Source: Bacilli bacterium (lineage in GTDB: Bacteria; Bacillota_I; Bacilli_A; RF39; UBA660). From it: a stretch of 61,939 nucleotides of DNA. The notes under the pieces were generated by a model, which saw only the letters and a program-made list of their open reading frames with translations, was not told the origin of the DNA and did no database searches. How positions within the stretch are numbered: the first letter of the stretch is position 1; each line of letters begins with the position of its first letter. Below are positions 29,088 through 38,962 of this stretch, piece after piece. Both the position numbers and the translations under genes were made by a program. The DNA lies in contig JAFWHR010000007.1 in assembly GCA_017511945.1 (NCBI GenBank), forward strand, positions 1-61,939, given 5' to 3'.

Positions 29088-29846
29088 ATGAAAACTAATA
29101 TTTTAATGATTGATGACAATACAAATCTAATTAACATGGTTAAAGAGTATTTTAGTGATAGTGATGTACGTATTATGTTTGAGGCTAAAGATGGTGAAGA
29201 AGGTTTAGAGGTTATTGAAAATCATAAAGATGAAATTGATCTTATAATTCTAGATTTGATAATGCCTGGCAAAGATGGGATGTACGTTTTATCAGAGCTT
29301 AAAAAAAGAGGTATTGATAAAAAGATAATTGTTGCGACAAGTTATAATGCCTCTGAAGTAATTAGAGAAGTGTCAGAGTTTGGTGTAAGTTATTATGTTT
29401 TGAAACCTTTCGATTTAAATGTTTTGGAAAAGAGAATAAAGGAAATTACAAATAAAAAAGAGGAAAATAGTTCAATTGATTTTTATTCAAGTAATTTAAA
29501 TATATCAATAACTAAAATGCTTCATGAGCTTGGTATTCCTTCGCATATTAAAGGGTATCAGTATATAAGGGAAGGAGCTAAAATAATATTTGAAAGGCCT
29601 GAGGTAATAGGAGGCATTACAAAAGAATTATATCCGGAACTTGCTAAAAAGTTTAATACAACCGTTTCTAGAGTTGAGAGGGCTATTAGACATGCTATTG
29701 AGGTTAGTTGGAATAGAGGTAATTTAGATTTTATGGAAGAATTATTTGGGTTTAGTGTAGATATTGATAGAGCTAAACCGACTAATTCTGAATTTATGGT
29801 TACAGTAGCTGATAAACTTAGACTAGATTTTCATAAAGTTAACTAG
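29088..29846 (+). CDS. spo0A: Sporulation master regulator Spo0A
   Basis: Receiver domain (DLIMPGKDG) plus the Spo0A-specific C-terminus [18 protein letters not shown]-type helix and [15 protein letters not shown]. Start at 29088 behind RBS aagggag. Confidence 0.92.
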   Translation: MKTNILMIDDNTNLINMVKEYFSDSDVRIMFEAKDGEEGLEVIENHKDEIDLIILDLIMPGKDGMYVLSELKKRGIDKKIIVATSYNASEVIREVSEFGVSYYVLKPFDLNVLEKRIKEITNKKEENSSIDFYSSNLNISITKMLHELGIPSHIKGYQYIREGAKIIFERPEVIGGITKELYPELAKKFNTTVSRVERAIRHAIEVSWNRGNLDFMEELFGFSVDIDRAKPTNSEFMVTVADKLRLDFHKVN

Positions 29847-29893
29847 TCTTTTTTTTTAATGTGTGGTAAAATAGTTATAGAAGGTAGGGTAAT

Positions 29894-30247
29894 ATGAAAA
29901 AAGGATTTACTTTAGTTGAACTTTTAGGAAGTATTGTCATTTTAGCTATAATTGCTTTAATTGCTTTTCCTACTGTTTTAAATTTACTTACTTCATCACA
30001 AAATAAAATAGATGATGGTTTAAAGAATTATGTGGAAGAAGCGGCGAGAAGTTATGTAAGTGATCACGTAAATGATTATCCTAAAGATAGTAGTGATCGT
30101 AAAATAGATGTTTTTACTCTTAAAGATGATGGATATATAAGTGAAACTAATTTTGAAAATAATAAATCTATTCAAAGTGGATGTGTAAAAGTTTCGGTGA
30201 AAAACAATAATTATGTATTTTCATTTTCAAAAGAAGAGTGTAATTAA
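29894..30247 (+). CDS. Type IV pilin / pseudopilin-like protein
   Basis: Leader MKKG|FTLVELLGSIVILAIIALIAFP. 117 aa. Confidence 0.8.
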   Translation: MKKGFTLVELLGSIVILAIIALIAFPTVLNLLTSSQNKIDDGLKNYVEEAARSYVSDHVNDYPKDSSDRKIDVFTLKDDGYISETNFENNKSIQSGCVKVSVKNNNYVFSFSKEECN

Positions 30248-30266
30248 AGAAAGAGAAGGTAATGAT

Positions 30267-32558
30267 ATGAATAAAAAAGCATTCACATTAGCAGAAATAC
30301 TTGGAGTGATAGTTATAATAGGGTTATTAGCAGTAATAATAACTCCGCTTGTAGTAAATAGATTAAAAGGAAATAGTGATATAGTATCAACTGCAAGTGA
30401 TGATTTGATATTTGCATCAGCAGACGAATATATAAAGGATAATATAGAGAATTATCCACCAGGAAAAAACTACTGCATAAAGGTTAAAGCATTAATAGAT
30501 TCAGGCTATCTTTCAGAAAAGACTAAAGATATAATTACAGGTAATCCTTTAGATAATTATTATGTATCAGCTAATATATATGGAGTTGGTAACGTAGATT
30601 ACAATCTTTATAATTCAGAATATGAATGTAATAAAGTTAAATCGCTTCCTGTAATTACATTTACAGTATTAAATGGATGGGGAGGTTCGAAAGAAGTAAA
30701 AATTAATTATCCTTCAGTAGAAAATGAAATGTATCCAGAAAAAGGATTTGAATGGAATTATAAAATTAATAATGGAAGTAAAAATGATGTAGGGGATAAT
30801 ACAAATGATTCAAAAAATCCACCTAAGCCGACAATAACATTTACAGAAAATGGTACGCTATACGCAGAAATGAAATATGGAGATAGAATTATAAGTAATA
30901 GTGTTAAAATAGACATGATAGATAAAGATGCACCTAGTGATATAAAAATAGGTTCATTTCCTACGCAAACAAATAGTGATATAACTACTAATTGTAATGA
31001 TTTGAATAATGTGACAATTACTATGAGTGATGTGGGTGGTAGTAAATTAGATAAATATATTATTACGGAAACAAGTGGCAAACCTGATAATAATTCAAAT
31101 TGGATTGATATAAGAGATGCGAGTAATATGAAAGTTAGTAAGGCAACAGTAAAATTTAAAGTAGATTACCCTTCAACTTTAGAAGAAAAAAAATATTATG
31201 TTCATGTCTTGGATACAGCAAATCAATATTCTTCACAATCTTTTAAAGCGTCGATATATCACACATTAACACTTAATTATAATTATTCTGGACGTGCAAA
31301 TGATAATCAAATTGTTAAAAATGGTGAAACGTTTAATTTACCATCCCCAAAGAGAGATGGTTATACATTTCAAGGTTGGTATAAGGATTCTAAATTTACT
31401 GAAAGTAGCAAAGTTAATACAGGCGACCGAGTATGTCTTGGTAACAATTTAACTTTGTATGCTAAATGGAAAGCAAATACATATGTTGTTAGTTTTGTTA
31501 GCAATATTAGTGGAGCAACAGGATCGACAAGTAATGTAACTTGCACATATGATCAAAATTGTACATTGACAAAAAATGGTTTCTCAAAAACAGGATATAC
31601 ATTTCAAGGTTGGGCTACTACAGCAAGTGGTAATAAAGTTTATAATAATTCACAAGTTGTAAAAAATTTAGCTACATCTGGAACTGTAAAGCTATATGGT
31701 AAGTGGACAGCAAATACATATGTCATTAGTTTTGTTGGAAACATAAGTGGAGTAACAGGAACGACAAGTAATGTAACTTGTACGTATGACCAAAACTGTA
31801 CATTGACAAAAAATGGTTTTTCAAAAAGCAATTATGTTTTTGAGGGATGGGCTACTACAGCAAGTGGCAATAAAGTTTATAATAATTCACAAGTTGTAAG
31901 AAATTTAGCTGCATCTGGAACTGTAAAATTATATGCTAAATGGATAGAGGCTTGTTCAAGTGTTAAATATGTTGATGGAACTACCTGCACTAAAAAATGT
32001 GGGGGCGGCACATATAATCAATTAGCTTATTCTACATATAATAATCAGAGATGTTCAGATAAAGATAAAACATCCGGCGGAGCATCTTGTAATAATCAGC
32101 CTTGTTATAAGGTATTAGCAACTGGTGCCCATGTGTGCCCAACAGATAGTAGTCTTGATGGATGGGATAGAGATTGTCACACTGATACACATTTTAATAC
32201 AATGGAGATAAGTAGCGTTAGTATTACAGGATCAAATCTAAAATTTCATATAAAAGTGAGGGCAAACACACAATATAACAATATTTTTAGGGGTACAATA
32301 ACTGGTAAAGTGTGTTTATCGACTGGTTCAAGTTGTACTTATACAGTAAAAAATAATATAGATATGTCTAATTGGTATAATTTGAGTGGAGTTGTTATAA
32401 ATAGTACATTAGAATATGATCTCAGTGATAATAATGTATCAAAAGGAAAATACTATGTGATATTTAAGTCAACTGGTTCTGATGGTGGACCTTATGCAAG
32501 TTTTACCCAAAATCCTTCGAAAAGTGGAAACAAGCAAATTTTTGAAGTACTATATTGA
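30267..32558 (+). CDS. Giant pilin-like protein: prepilin N-terminus, three Listeria-Bacteroides (Flg_new) repeats, a TSP1-like Cys module and a C-terminal domain
   Basis: MNKKA|FTLAEILGVIVIIGLL leader. Repeats ending LTLYAKW, VKLYGKW and VKLYAKW, each with GYTFQGW/YVFEGW. CTKKCGGGTY...CNNQPC. Confidence 0.8.
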   Translation: MNKKAFTLAEILGVIVIIGLLAVIITPLVVNRLKGNSDIVSTASDDLIFASADEYIKDNIENYPPGKNYCIKVKALIDSGYLSEKTKDIITGNPLDNYYVSANIYGVGNVDYNLYNSEYECNKVKSLPVITFTVLNGWGGSKEVKINYPSVENEMYPEKGFEWNYKINNGSKNDVGDNTNDSKNPPKPTITFTENGTLYAEMKYGDRIISNSVKIDMIDKDAPSDIKIGSFPTQTNSDITTNCNDLNNVTITMSDVGGSKLDKYIITETSGKPDNNSNWIDIRDASNMKVSKATVKFKVDYPSTLEEKKYYVHVLDTANQYSSQSFKASIYHTLTLNYNYSGRANDNQIVKNGETFNLPSPKRDGYTFQGWYKDSKFTESSKVNTGDRVCLGNNLTLYAKWKANTYVVSFVSNISGATGSTSNVTCTYDQNCTLTKNGFSKTGYTFQGWATTASGNKVYNNSQVVKNLATSGTVKLYGKWTANTYVISFVGNISGVTGTTSNVTCTYDQNCTLTKNGFSKSNYVFEGWATTASGNKVYNNSQVVRNLAASGTVKLYAKWIEACSSVKYVDGTTCTKKCGGGTYNQLAYSTYNNQRCSDKDKTSGGASCNNQPCYKVLATGAHVCPTDSSLDGWDRDCHTDTHFNTMEISSVSITGSNLKFHIKVRANTQYNNIFRGTITGKVCLSTGSSCTYTVKNNIDMSNWYNLSGVVINSTLEYDLSDNNVSKGKYYVIFKSTGSDGGPYASFTQNPSKSGNKQIFEVLY
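31473..31946 (+). repeat. Two tandem 237-bp (79-codon) near-identical repeats inside the giant pilin gene
   Basis: The unit starting gcaaatacatatgt recurs at 31473 and 31710 with only scattered substitutions. Confidence 0.85.
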
Positions 32559-32588
32559 TGAACAATTAAAAAGATAAATATTTGATTT

Positions 32589-32613
32589 AAAAAGCAGATT
32601 ATTACTGCTTTTT
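32589..32613 (+). terminator. Rho-independent terminator
   Basis: aaaaagcag/ctgcttttt stem, loop attatta. Confidence 0.7.
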
Positions 32614-32678
32614 ATCTTTTCCTTGATTAATTATTTAATGTAATATATAATTAATACAGAATTTTTGTGGTGATATGT

Positions 32679-33638
32679 ATGAATATTGGAAATGTTAAAA
32701 TAAAGGGAAAAGCCTTTTTGTCTCCCATGGCGGGTACTTCAAATTCCGCATACATGAAAATATGTGAGGAAATGGATGTAGGATATGCCGTTACAGAACT
32801 CATTAGTTCTGAGGCTATAACTAGAGGAAACAAAAAAACATTTGATATGCTTAATGGTTATGATAAATTGAATATACCTGTAGCAGTTCAGTTATTTGGC
32901 TCTAATTCTAAAGTGATGGGAGAAGCAGCAAGAATAATAGATGATATGAAACTGTTTGATGTAATCGATATTAACATGGGCTGTCCAGTTACTAAAATTG
33001 CAGTATCATCTTCTTCTGGAAGTGCTTTGCTTAAAGATCCTGAAAAAGTTGGAAATATTGTCTCTTCTGTTGTGAGCAGTGTAAAAGTTCCAGTTACAGT
33101 TAAAATAAGAAGTGGATGGGATCATAAATCTATAAATGCCTGTGAAATCGCTAGAATATGTGAAGAAAATGGCGCAAGTGCAATTACAATACATGGCAGA
33201 ACGAGGTCTGATGGTTATGGCGGCAAAGTAGATTTAGATATTATAAAAAAAGTAAAAGAAAGTGTAAGTATTCCAGTAATTGGAAATGGCGACATTAAAA
33301 ATGGCAAAGATGCTGAGAATATGATGAACTACACCAAATGTGATGCTATTATGGTAGGAAGAGCTGCTTTAGGAAATCCTTGGGTGTTTAAAAATATAAA
33401 TAATTATTTTTCAGGTATAGATGAATATATACCAACGCTTAATGATAGAGTAGATATGATAAAAAGACATCTTGATTATCTACTTGAAATTAAACCAGAG
33501 AGAACAGCCATTTTAGAGATGAGAACAAATGCTTCTTATTATTTGAAAGGAATAAGTGGAACTAAGGACATAAAAGAGAAAATATTTAAATGTAAAACTA
33601 AAAATGAATTTATAAAAGTAATAGAAAGCGTGATATAA
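32679..33638 (+). CDS. dusB: tRNA-dihydrouridine synthase
   Basis: LSPMAGTSNSAY, INMGCPV and TIHGRTR motifs. Confidence 0.88.
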   Translation: MNIGNVKIKGKAFLSPMAGTSNSAYMKICEEMDVGYAVTELISSEAITRGNKKTFDMLNGYDKLNIPVAVQLFGSNSKVMGEAARIIDDMKLFDVIDINMGCPVTKIAVSSSSGSALLKDPEKVGNIVSSVVSSVKVPVTVKIRSGWDHKSINACEIARICEENGASAITIHGRTRSDGYGGKVDLDIIKKVKESVSIPVIGNGDIKNGKDAENMMNYTKCDAIMVGRAALGNPWVFKNINNYFSGIDEYIPTLNDRVDMIKRHLDYLLEIKPERTAILEMRTNASYYLKGISGTKDIKEKIFKCKTKNEFIKVIESVI

Positions 33639-33639
33639 T

Positions 33640-34617
33640 ATGTTTTTAAATAATAATATTTATAAGCAGATATATAATAAAATTAATAAATTTGAAACTA
33701 TAGTTATTGCAAGACATGTTGGACCTGATCCTGATGCTTTGGGAAGTAGTTTGGGACTTAAACAGATAATTATAGATAATTTTCCTAATAAGAAGGTATA
33801 TACTATAGGTAAACCTGCTAAAAGATTTAAATATATGGGTGATTTAGATATTCTTCCAGAAGATACAACAAATGATAAAACTCTGTTAATAGTTACAGAT
33901 ACTCCTGATCATAGAAGAGTTGATGGTGTTGATCCTAGAAATTTTGTAAACTCTATAAAGATAGATCATCATCCATTTATAGAAAAAACGTGTGATATTG
34001 AGTGGATTGATGACACTTCTTCAAGTGCCTGTCAAATGATTTTAGAGTTTGCACTAAATTTAGATTTAAAATTATCTAGTGAAGCTTGTGAAAAACTATA
34101 TACTGGGATTGTTGCGGATACCAATAGATTTTTATTTACATATACTTCTGTTAAAACTTTTATTCTAGTAGGAAAAATGCTGAAAAAAACAAATATAGAT
34201 ATCAATAAAGTATATGAAAATCTATATTTGAGAAGTTATAATGAGATTAAGTTTCAGGGTTATATGTCTTTAAATTTTAATGTAACTAAAGGTGGAGTCG
34301 GATATATTATAATTGATGATGAAGTTTTAAAAAAATATGATGTTGATCCTGCTACTCCTGGTAATATGATTAATAACTTTAACTATATTGAAGATTTTAA
34401 AATATGGCTTACAGCCACATTAGATAGAGATTTGGGAACGTATAGAATATCTGTAAGGTCTAGGGGTCCTATTATCAATAAAACTTTAGAAAAACACGGT
34501 GGTGGTGGACATATATTCGCATCTGGGACAAGATTAAAATCTAAAGAAGATATTATGAAATTGATAGATGATTTGAATATTGTCTTAATGGAATATGAAG
34601 AAGAATATGATGGATGA
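33640..34617 (+). CDS. nrnA: DHH/DHHA1 phosphoesterase (NrnA-type oligoribonuclease/pAp phosphatase)
   Basis: HVGPDPDALGS, DHH and GGGH motifs. Confidence 0.8.
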   Translation: MFLNNNIYKQIYNKINKFETIVIARHVGPDPDALGSSLGLKQIIIDNFPNKKVYTIGKPAKRFKYMGDLDILPEDTTNDKTLLIVTDTPDHRRVDGVDPRNFVNSIKIDHHPFIEKTCDIEWIDDTSSSACQMILEFALNLDLKLSSEACEKLYTGIVADTNRFLFTYTSVKTFILVGKMLKKTNIDINKVYENLYLRSYNEIKFQGYMSLNFNVTKGGVGYIIIDDEVLKKYDVDPATPGNMINNFNYIEDFKIWLTATLDRDLGTYRISVRSRGPIINKTLEKHGGGGHIFASGTRLKSKEDIMKLIDDLNIVLMEYEEEYDG

Positions 34618-34785
34618 GATATTTGTTTAATGCTTTTTAAAACAAGCTGTAGTCCAATTAAATTTAGATAATGGGTAGTTCACGTAAAACAGGGCGATTT
34701 TTTAACCGATGATGAATTGTAAATGACAAAACTTGGAATTATGACTGGATGTATTTTAATAAGTGATGTAGAAAAAGTGAAAAAG

Positions 34786-34815
34786 AAAAGACTCTAGTAA
34801 ATGTTAGAGTCTTTT
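34786..34815. terminator. Bidirectional hairpin terminator
   Basis: aaaagactcta/tagagtctttt 11-bp stem. Confidence 0.7.
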
Positions 34816-35002
34816 ATCTGTAGTAATATGGACCATAGTAATAGGGGTAATAATTAGGGTAAAAAGGCCTATTGTTATAGAAAATAGGTGATATTAATCC
34901 TCCTGTTAAACCACCTAATAAAAATGGTCCCCAAAATCCTGATTGATTATTTCCTATCGGTCTTGGTCCAAATACTGGTCTTGGTCTAAAACCTTGATTC
35001 AT
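34814..35002 (-). CDS. Small Tyr/Pro/Gly-rich protein (spore-coat-like composition)
   Basis: 62 aa from MNQGFRPRP behind RBS aaagggga. Ends YPYYYGPYYYR. Confidence 0.55.
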   Translation of the reverse strand: MNQGFRPRPVFGPRPIGNNQSGFWGPFLLGGLTGGLISPIFYNNRPFYPNYYPYYYGPYYYR

Positions 35003-35102
35003 TATAATTCCCCTTTCATAATTATCATATGAAACATTTAAAAAATTGATAATCATATCATTTTTATATTATAAAATCATATAATTTTTTAGGTGAATAA
35101 GC

Positions 35103-35945
35103 GTGAAAAAAATTTTCCAAATTGTCGGTATAACTACTTTAATGATAGGAAGTTTTCTATTTACATATAAGGTTCAGACTGCTTCAAAAATGACAGATGA
35201 ACTGTTAAATGAAATTAAAAGTAAAAAGGATGGTTATAAAGAAAATCCTATAGAACCATACATAAAGGACAAAACAATTGTTCCTGGAATAAATGGAAGA
35301 GAAGTAGATGTTTTGAAAAGTTATAAAAAAATGAGTGAAGTAGGATATTTTGATGATAGTCTTTTTGAGTATAAAGCTATTTACGTTGAAAAAAAATTAG
35401 ATAAAAATAAAGATAAGTATATAATTGGGCTAAATGGAAGAAATATGAATGTTTCTTTAATATTTAAAATTGATGATTCAGATGATATAACTAATTTAGT
35501 TAAGAAATTAGATAATAATAATATGAAAGTAAGTTTTTTTATAACTAGTAAATACCTTGAAAAGCACCATAATCAAATAATTAAACTAGTTCAAAATGGA
35601 TATACCATAGGTAATTTGAGTAATAATGAAAACTATGAAGATAGCGATTTTGTATGGATGAAAACTATAATAACTAATATAGGAAACCAAAAATACAATT
35701 ACTGTTTTACAAATAAAGAGAATAACAAAATTATGAAAATGTGTAAATTACAAGATTCATATACTATTATGAGTGATGTAATAAAATCAAATCCACTACT
35801 TAATATAAAAAAAACTCTTTCACCAGGAAAAATTATAGTATTAGATTATAACAGTGAACTTTCACGTGAGATAGATACAGTTTTAGATTACATAAAATCT
35901 AAAGGATATAGTTTAATTTCATTAGAAGAAGGGTTAAAAGAGTAA
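35103..35945 (+). CDS. NodB-fold polysaccharide-deacetylase-like protein, probably catalytically degenerate
   Basis: N-terminal TM, VPGINGREVD, and IFKIDDSDD...VSFFITSKYL...GYTIGNLS, which follows the NodB pattern but lacks the His residues. Confidence 0.5.
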   Translation: MKKIFQIVGITTLMIGSFLFTYKVQTASKMTDELLNEIKSKKDGYKENPIEPYIKDKTIVPGINGREVDVLKSYKKMSEVGYFDDSLFEYKAIYVEKKLDKNKDKYIIGLNGRNMNVSLIFKIDDSDDITNLVKKLDNNNMKVSFFITSKYLEKHHNQIIKLVQNGYTIGNLSNNENYEDSDFVWMKTIITNIGNQKYNYCFTNKENNKIMKMCKLQDSYTIMSDVIKSNPLLNIKKTLSPGKIIVLDYNSELSREIDTVLDYIKSKGYSLISLEEGLKE

Positions 35946-36004
35946 TTTGACAAGATAAAACATTTGTGCTAGTATATACTCCATATTCAAAGGGGGAAAT
36001 GGAT

Positions 36005-36877
36005 ATGTATACTGAGAATAATACAAAATCTTTAAGATCTGTATTTATTAAAATAGTACTTGTAGTTGTGATACTTTTCATTTTAATGATGTTATTTCCA
36101 ACTAAAGGTTTTATAACTAATCTATTTAAATCTTCAAAAGAAGTTGATAAAAATTTCAATAGTAATTTAATTGCTATTGCGACAGCGGGAAGTGGATATT
36201 ATACTTCATCTAGATTGCCTCAAAATGAGTCAGAAGAAGTTAAAATGACACTTAAAGAGATGTTAGATAAAAAGTTAATTGTAAGATTTACTGATAGTAA
36301 TGGAGTAACTTGTAGTACAAAGAAATCATATGTCTTAGTCAAAAGGGAAACAGATGAATATACAATGAAGGTTAATCTTTCATGTACTGATAAAACAGAT
36401 TACATAATTTTACACATGGGTCTAGATGGAAAACAGTTTCCCAGTACCAGCACCGCAAGGTGCACTTTCGTAAAAAATCTTGACGATACTTTGACCTATG
36501 GAGAATGGTCAAGTTGGGGTACTGATAGAATTATTGAAGATGGTACCAATCAAGTTGAGGTAACCACAAAAACAGTTCAAAGTGGAACTAAAAATGTTAC
36601 AAGAAATCAGCAAGAACAAGCACTTGCTAATAGATATACGTTCTCATCTACAGGAAATGTATATTACGCATGTTCAAGTAAATATGATAACGCGGGCGTT
36701 TATAATGAGCCAGTTATGTGTACAAAAAACATTACAGTTTATGCAACTGAACCAAATTATACGACAGTTACATATTACAGATACAGAACTAAAAGTATGA
36801 CAAATAATACAGTTACGAAAGAATCTGACTGTGATGATAATTCACTAGTTGCTGAAGGATATACTAAAATTAACTAG
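36005..36877 (+). CDS. Hypothetical membrane-anchored extracellular protein
   Basis: TM helix near the N-terminus and a Cys-containing ectodomain. Start uncertain (35999 or 36005). Confidence 0.5.
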   Translation: MYTENNTKSLRSVFIKIVLVVVILFILMMLFPTKGFITNLFKSSKEVDKNFNSNLIAIATAGSGYYTSSRLPQNESEEVKMTLKEMLDKKLIVRFTDSNGVTCSTKKSYVLVKRETDEYTMKVNLSCTDKTDYIILHMGLDGKQFPSTSTARCTFVKNLDDTLTYGEWSSWGTDRIIEDGTNQVEVTTKTVQSGTKNVTRNQQEQALANRYTFSSTGNVYYACSSKYDNAGVYNEPVMCTKNITVYATEPNYTTVTYYRYRTKSMTNNTVTKESDCDDNSLVAEGYTKIN

Positions 36878-36894
36878 ATAATTCTAGTTTTTTT
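36872..36894 (+). terminator. Rho-independent terminator
   Basis: aactaga/tctagtt stem followed by ttttt. Confidence 0.6.
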
Positions 36895-37008
36895 GATGAA
36901 GGCGACAAATCAATGTCAATTTTAATTAAAAAAGTGAAAATCATTTGATTATTCTAAAAGGATGTGATACTATAATAATAAGGATGACCATAGGAAAGGG
37001 CTGATTTT

Positions 37009-37425
37009 ATGAAAGAAAAATATATGTTTGGATATGACAATGAAAATGAGTTTCGAAAGTTAGAAAGTGCACTTAAAAAGTACAATATGCTAGCTTTTAA
37101 AAAATTGTGTTTTGATTATTATCCTAAATTAAAATCAGGTGAATTTTTAGGCTCTTTGGTTAAGGAAGATGATGGAACAAAATACTATGAGGTTAAACTT
37201 CCTACAGATGCTATATTTGTCAAAGTCCATGGTGAAGTTAGACTTCATTATAGAGTTGTCAATAATAAAAATTTAGTTATTTTAGAAAAAATATCACCAG
37301 AAGAAATACTTAGAGAAGGACATAAATCTGAACTTGTCGCTTATAAAGGGGTAATGGTTTCTAAAGAACACGCAGATAAGGATAAATTTAAGATAAATCT
37401 TTTAAATATGATAAATAAAAATTAG
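37009..37425 (+). CDS. Hypothetical protein
   Basis: 138 aa with no confident family. Confidence 0.5.
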   Translation: MKEKYMFGYDNENEFRKLESALKKYNMLAFKKLCFDYYPKLKSGEFLGSLVKEDDGTKYYEVKLPTDAIFVKVHGEVRLHYRVVNNKNLVILEKISPEEILREGHKSELVAYKGVMVSKEHADKDKFKINLLNMINKN

Positions 37426-37501
37426 TCACTTTTGTAGTGGCTTTTAATTTAGTTAATTTGTAAATAAACTAAATATCTGTTAAACTTGTATTGGTGGTAA
37501 T

Positions 37502-38125
37502 ATGAAAACATTAATAGAAAAGAGAAATTATATCATTATATTTATAATTGCCTTTTTATTATTTTTTATTTTTATGGGTAAAAATGAAGTATATGTAGAT
37601 ACGTTTAAATTTGATAAAAACATAATAACTGTTATGATATACGATAGGATAGATAAGAATAATGTAAAAAAAAACATAAAAGATATCTGCCGAAAGGATT
37701 ATAGAAAAAATGTTAAAAAAATAGCTGATAATTATGATTTATATGGTGGCTATATTTCTATGAAAATAAAAGAGTATTTTAAGAGTAAAAAAATAGATAA
37801 ATATATAATAAATGAAAACGGAGATATTACTACCGGAAAAAGGTATAATGATACAGCATATAAAATTAGTATAAATGATTCAGATAATAAGGTTTTAAAG
37901 ATAGTTAACTTAGTAAATGAAAACATTTCGACTATTAGAGATGGTGAAGATAGTATTAGCGTTATTGGAAAAGATATAGTTAAAAACAAAATATATAAAT
38001 ACATGTTAAATGACGTAAGTACTGATGAAGGTAAAGAGATTATTAAAGATAAAGATATAGCTGTTTTGTGGTATAGAGATGGTAATATAACGATGAGTGA
38101 CAATTTTGAAAAATATGTAAAATAA
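37502..38125 (+). CDS. Hypothetical membrane-anchored protein
   Basis: 207 aa with an N-terminal TM. Confidence 0.5.
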   Translation: MKTLIEKRNYIIIFIIAFLLFFIFMGKNEVYVDTFKFDKNIITVMIYDRIDKNNVKKNIKDICRKDYRKNVKKIADNYDLYGGYISMKIKEYFKSKKIDKYIINENGDITTGKRYNDTAYKISINDSDNKVLKIVNLVNENISTIRDGEDSISVIGKDIVKNKIYKYMLNDVSTDEGKEIIKDKDIAVLWYRDGNITMSDNFEKYVK

Positions 38126-38218
38126 TTTTTTTGTTAAAATTCTCTTGAGAAGATATGTTAATATGTGGTAATATGGATATAGATAAGATAAGATTATTTA
38201 TTTTTTGGAGTGAGAATT

Positions 38219-38929
38219 ATGAATATATTATTTGAAATATCTGATAAACTTTTAATTATAATTGGATTAATAGTTATTTTACTAATTACGATTGGTGTTA
38301 TCGTTTTTAAAGCTTTAAATAGAAAAAAGATTAAGCCAATAGAGGAAGACGAGAGATACGACATTGACGTAGATGACAATTTTGATTCTCTTTCAATCGA
38401 CGATTTTTTTAATGAAGAAAGAGAAATACCAAAAGAAGAACTTACTGATGAACAAATTGAAGCTAAAGAAGAACTTCAAAGAGTATATGAAATGATGAGT
38501 GAAGATTTAGAAAATGATAATGAAAAAAAGGATGAAATTGATGAGTTTGAGAGAAGACAAGAGGAAGATGCGATAATAAGTTACCAAGAACTTATGAAAA
38601 GAGCTGACGAATTAAAATTAGAGGCTAATAATTATGAAGAAGTGTATGAAAAAAGTGCGGATATGAGTGTTGAAGATATTTTAAATTCTTATGAGAAAGA
38701 TATTCATGTTAATAGAGATTATTCTTCTAAAAAGTTTAAAAATTCAGAAATAGTTTCTCCTATTTATGGTGTTCAAAGTAATAAAGATATGGTTAGAATG
38801 AAAAAAAGGAAGCCAAATGTTAAAAAAAGTGATATAATATCAAAGGCTTATGAAGAGGACTTTGATGAAGAAAAAACACAAAATTTAGAATTTTTAAAAT
38901 CTCTTAGAGAGTTTAGAAAAAATTTATAA
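38219..38929 (+). CDS. Hypothetical N-terminally anchored, highly acidic protein
   Basis: TM helix followed by a Glu/Asp-rich region. Confidence 0.5.
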   Translation: MNILFEISDKLLIIIGLIVILLITIGVIVFKALNRKKIKPIEEDERYDIDVDDNFDSLSIDDFFNEEREIPKEELTDEQIEAKEELQRVYEMMSEDLENDNEKKDEIDEFERRQEEDAIISYQELMKRADELKLEANNYEEVYEKSADMSVEDILNSYEKDIHVNRDYSSKKFKNSEIVSPIYGVQSNKDMVRMKKRKPNVKKSDIISKAYEEDFDEEKTQNLEFLKSLREFRKNL

Positions 38930-38962
38930 GCCGATTTTAAGGCTTATTTTTGGTGGTGAAAT

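Noticed and set aside
34620-34785. Possible riboswitch or small gene in the 196-bp gap after nrnA (including a 24-codon ORF at about 34722)
   Set aside because: No RBS, no recognisable riboswitch core and no convincing conserved structure by eye.
35003-35102. Sigma-K/sigma-E type promoters (CATATGATA upstream of the coat-like peptide; CATATAAT upstream of the deacetylase-like gene)
   Set aside because: The -10-like strings are there, but I could not find a -35 element at the correct spacing. In DNA this AT-rich such matches are expected by chance.
37009-37425. RelE/ParE-like toxin (the LHYRVVNNKNLVILEKISP stretch resembles the family's C-terminal strands)
   Set aside because: This is only a short pattern match. 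The protein is longer than such toxins, has no adjacent small antitoxin ORF, and I could not place catalytic residues.
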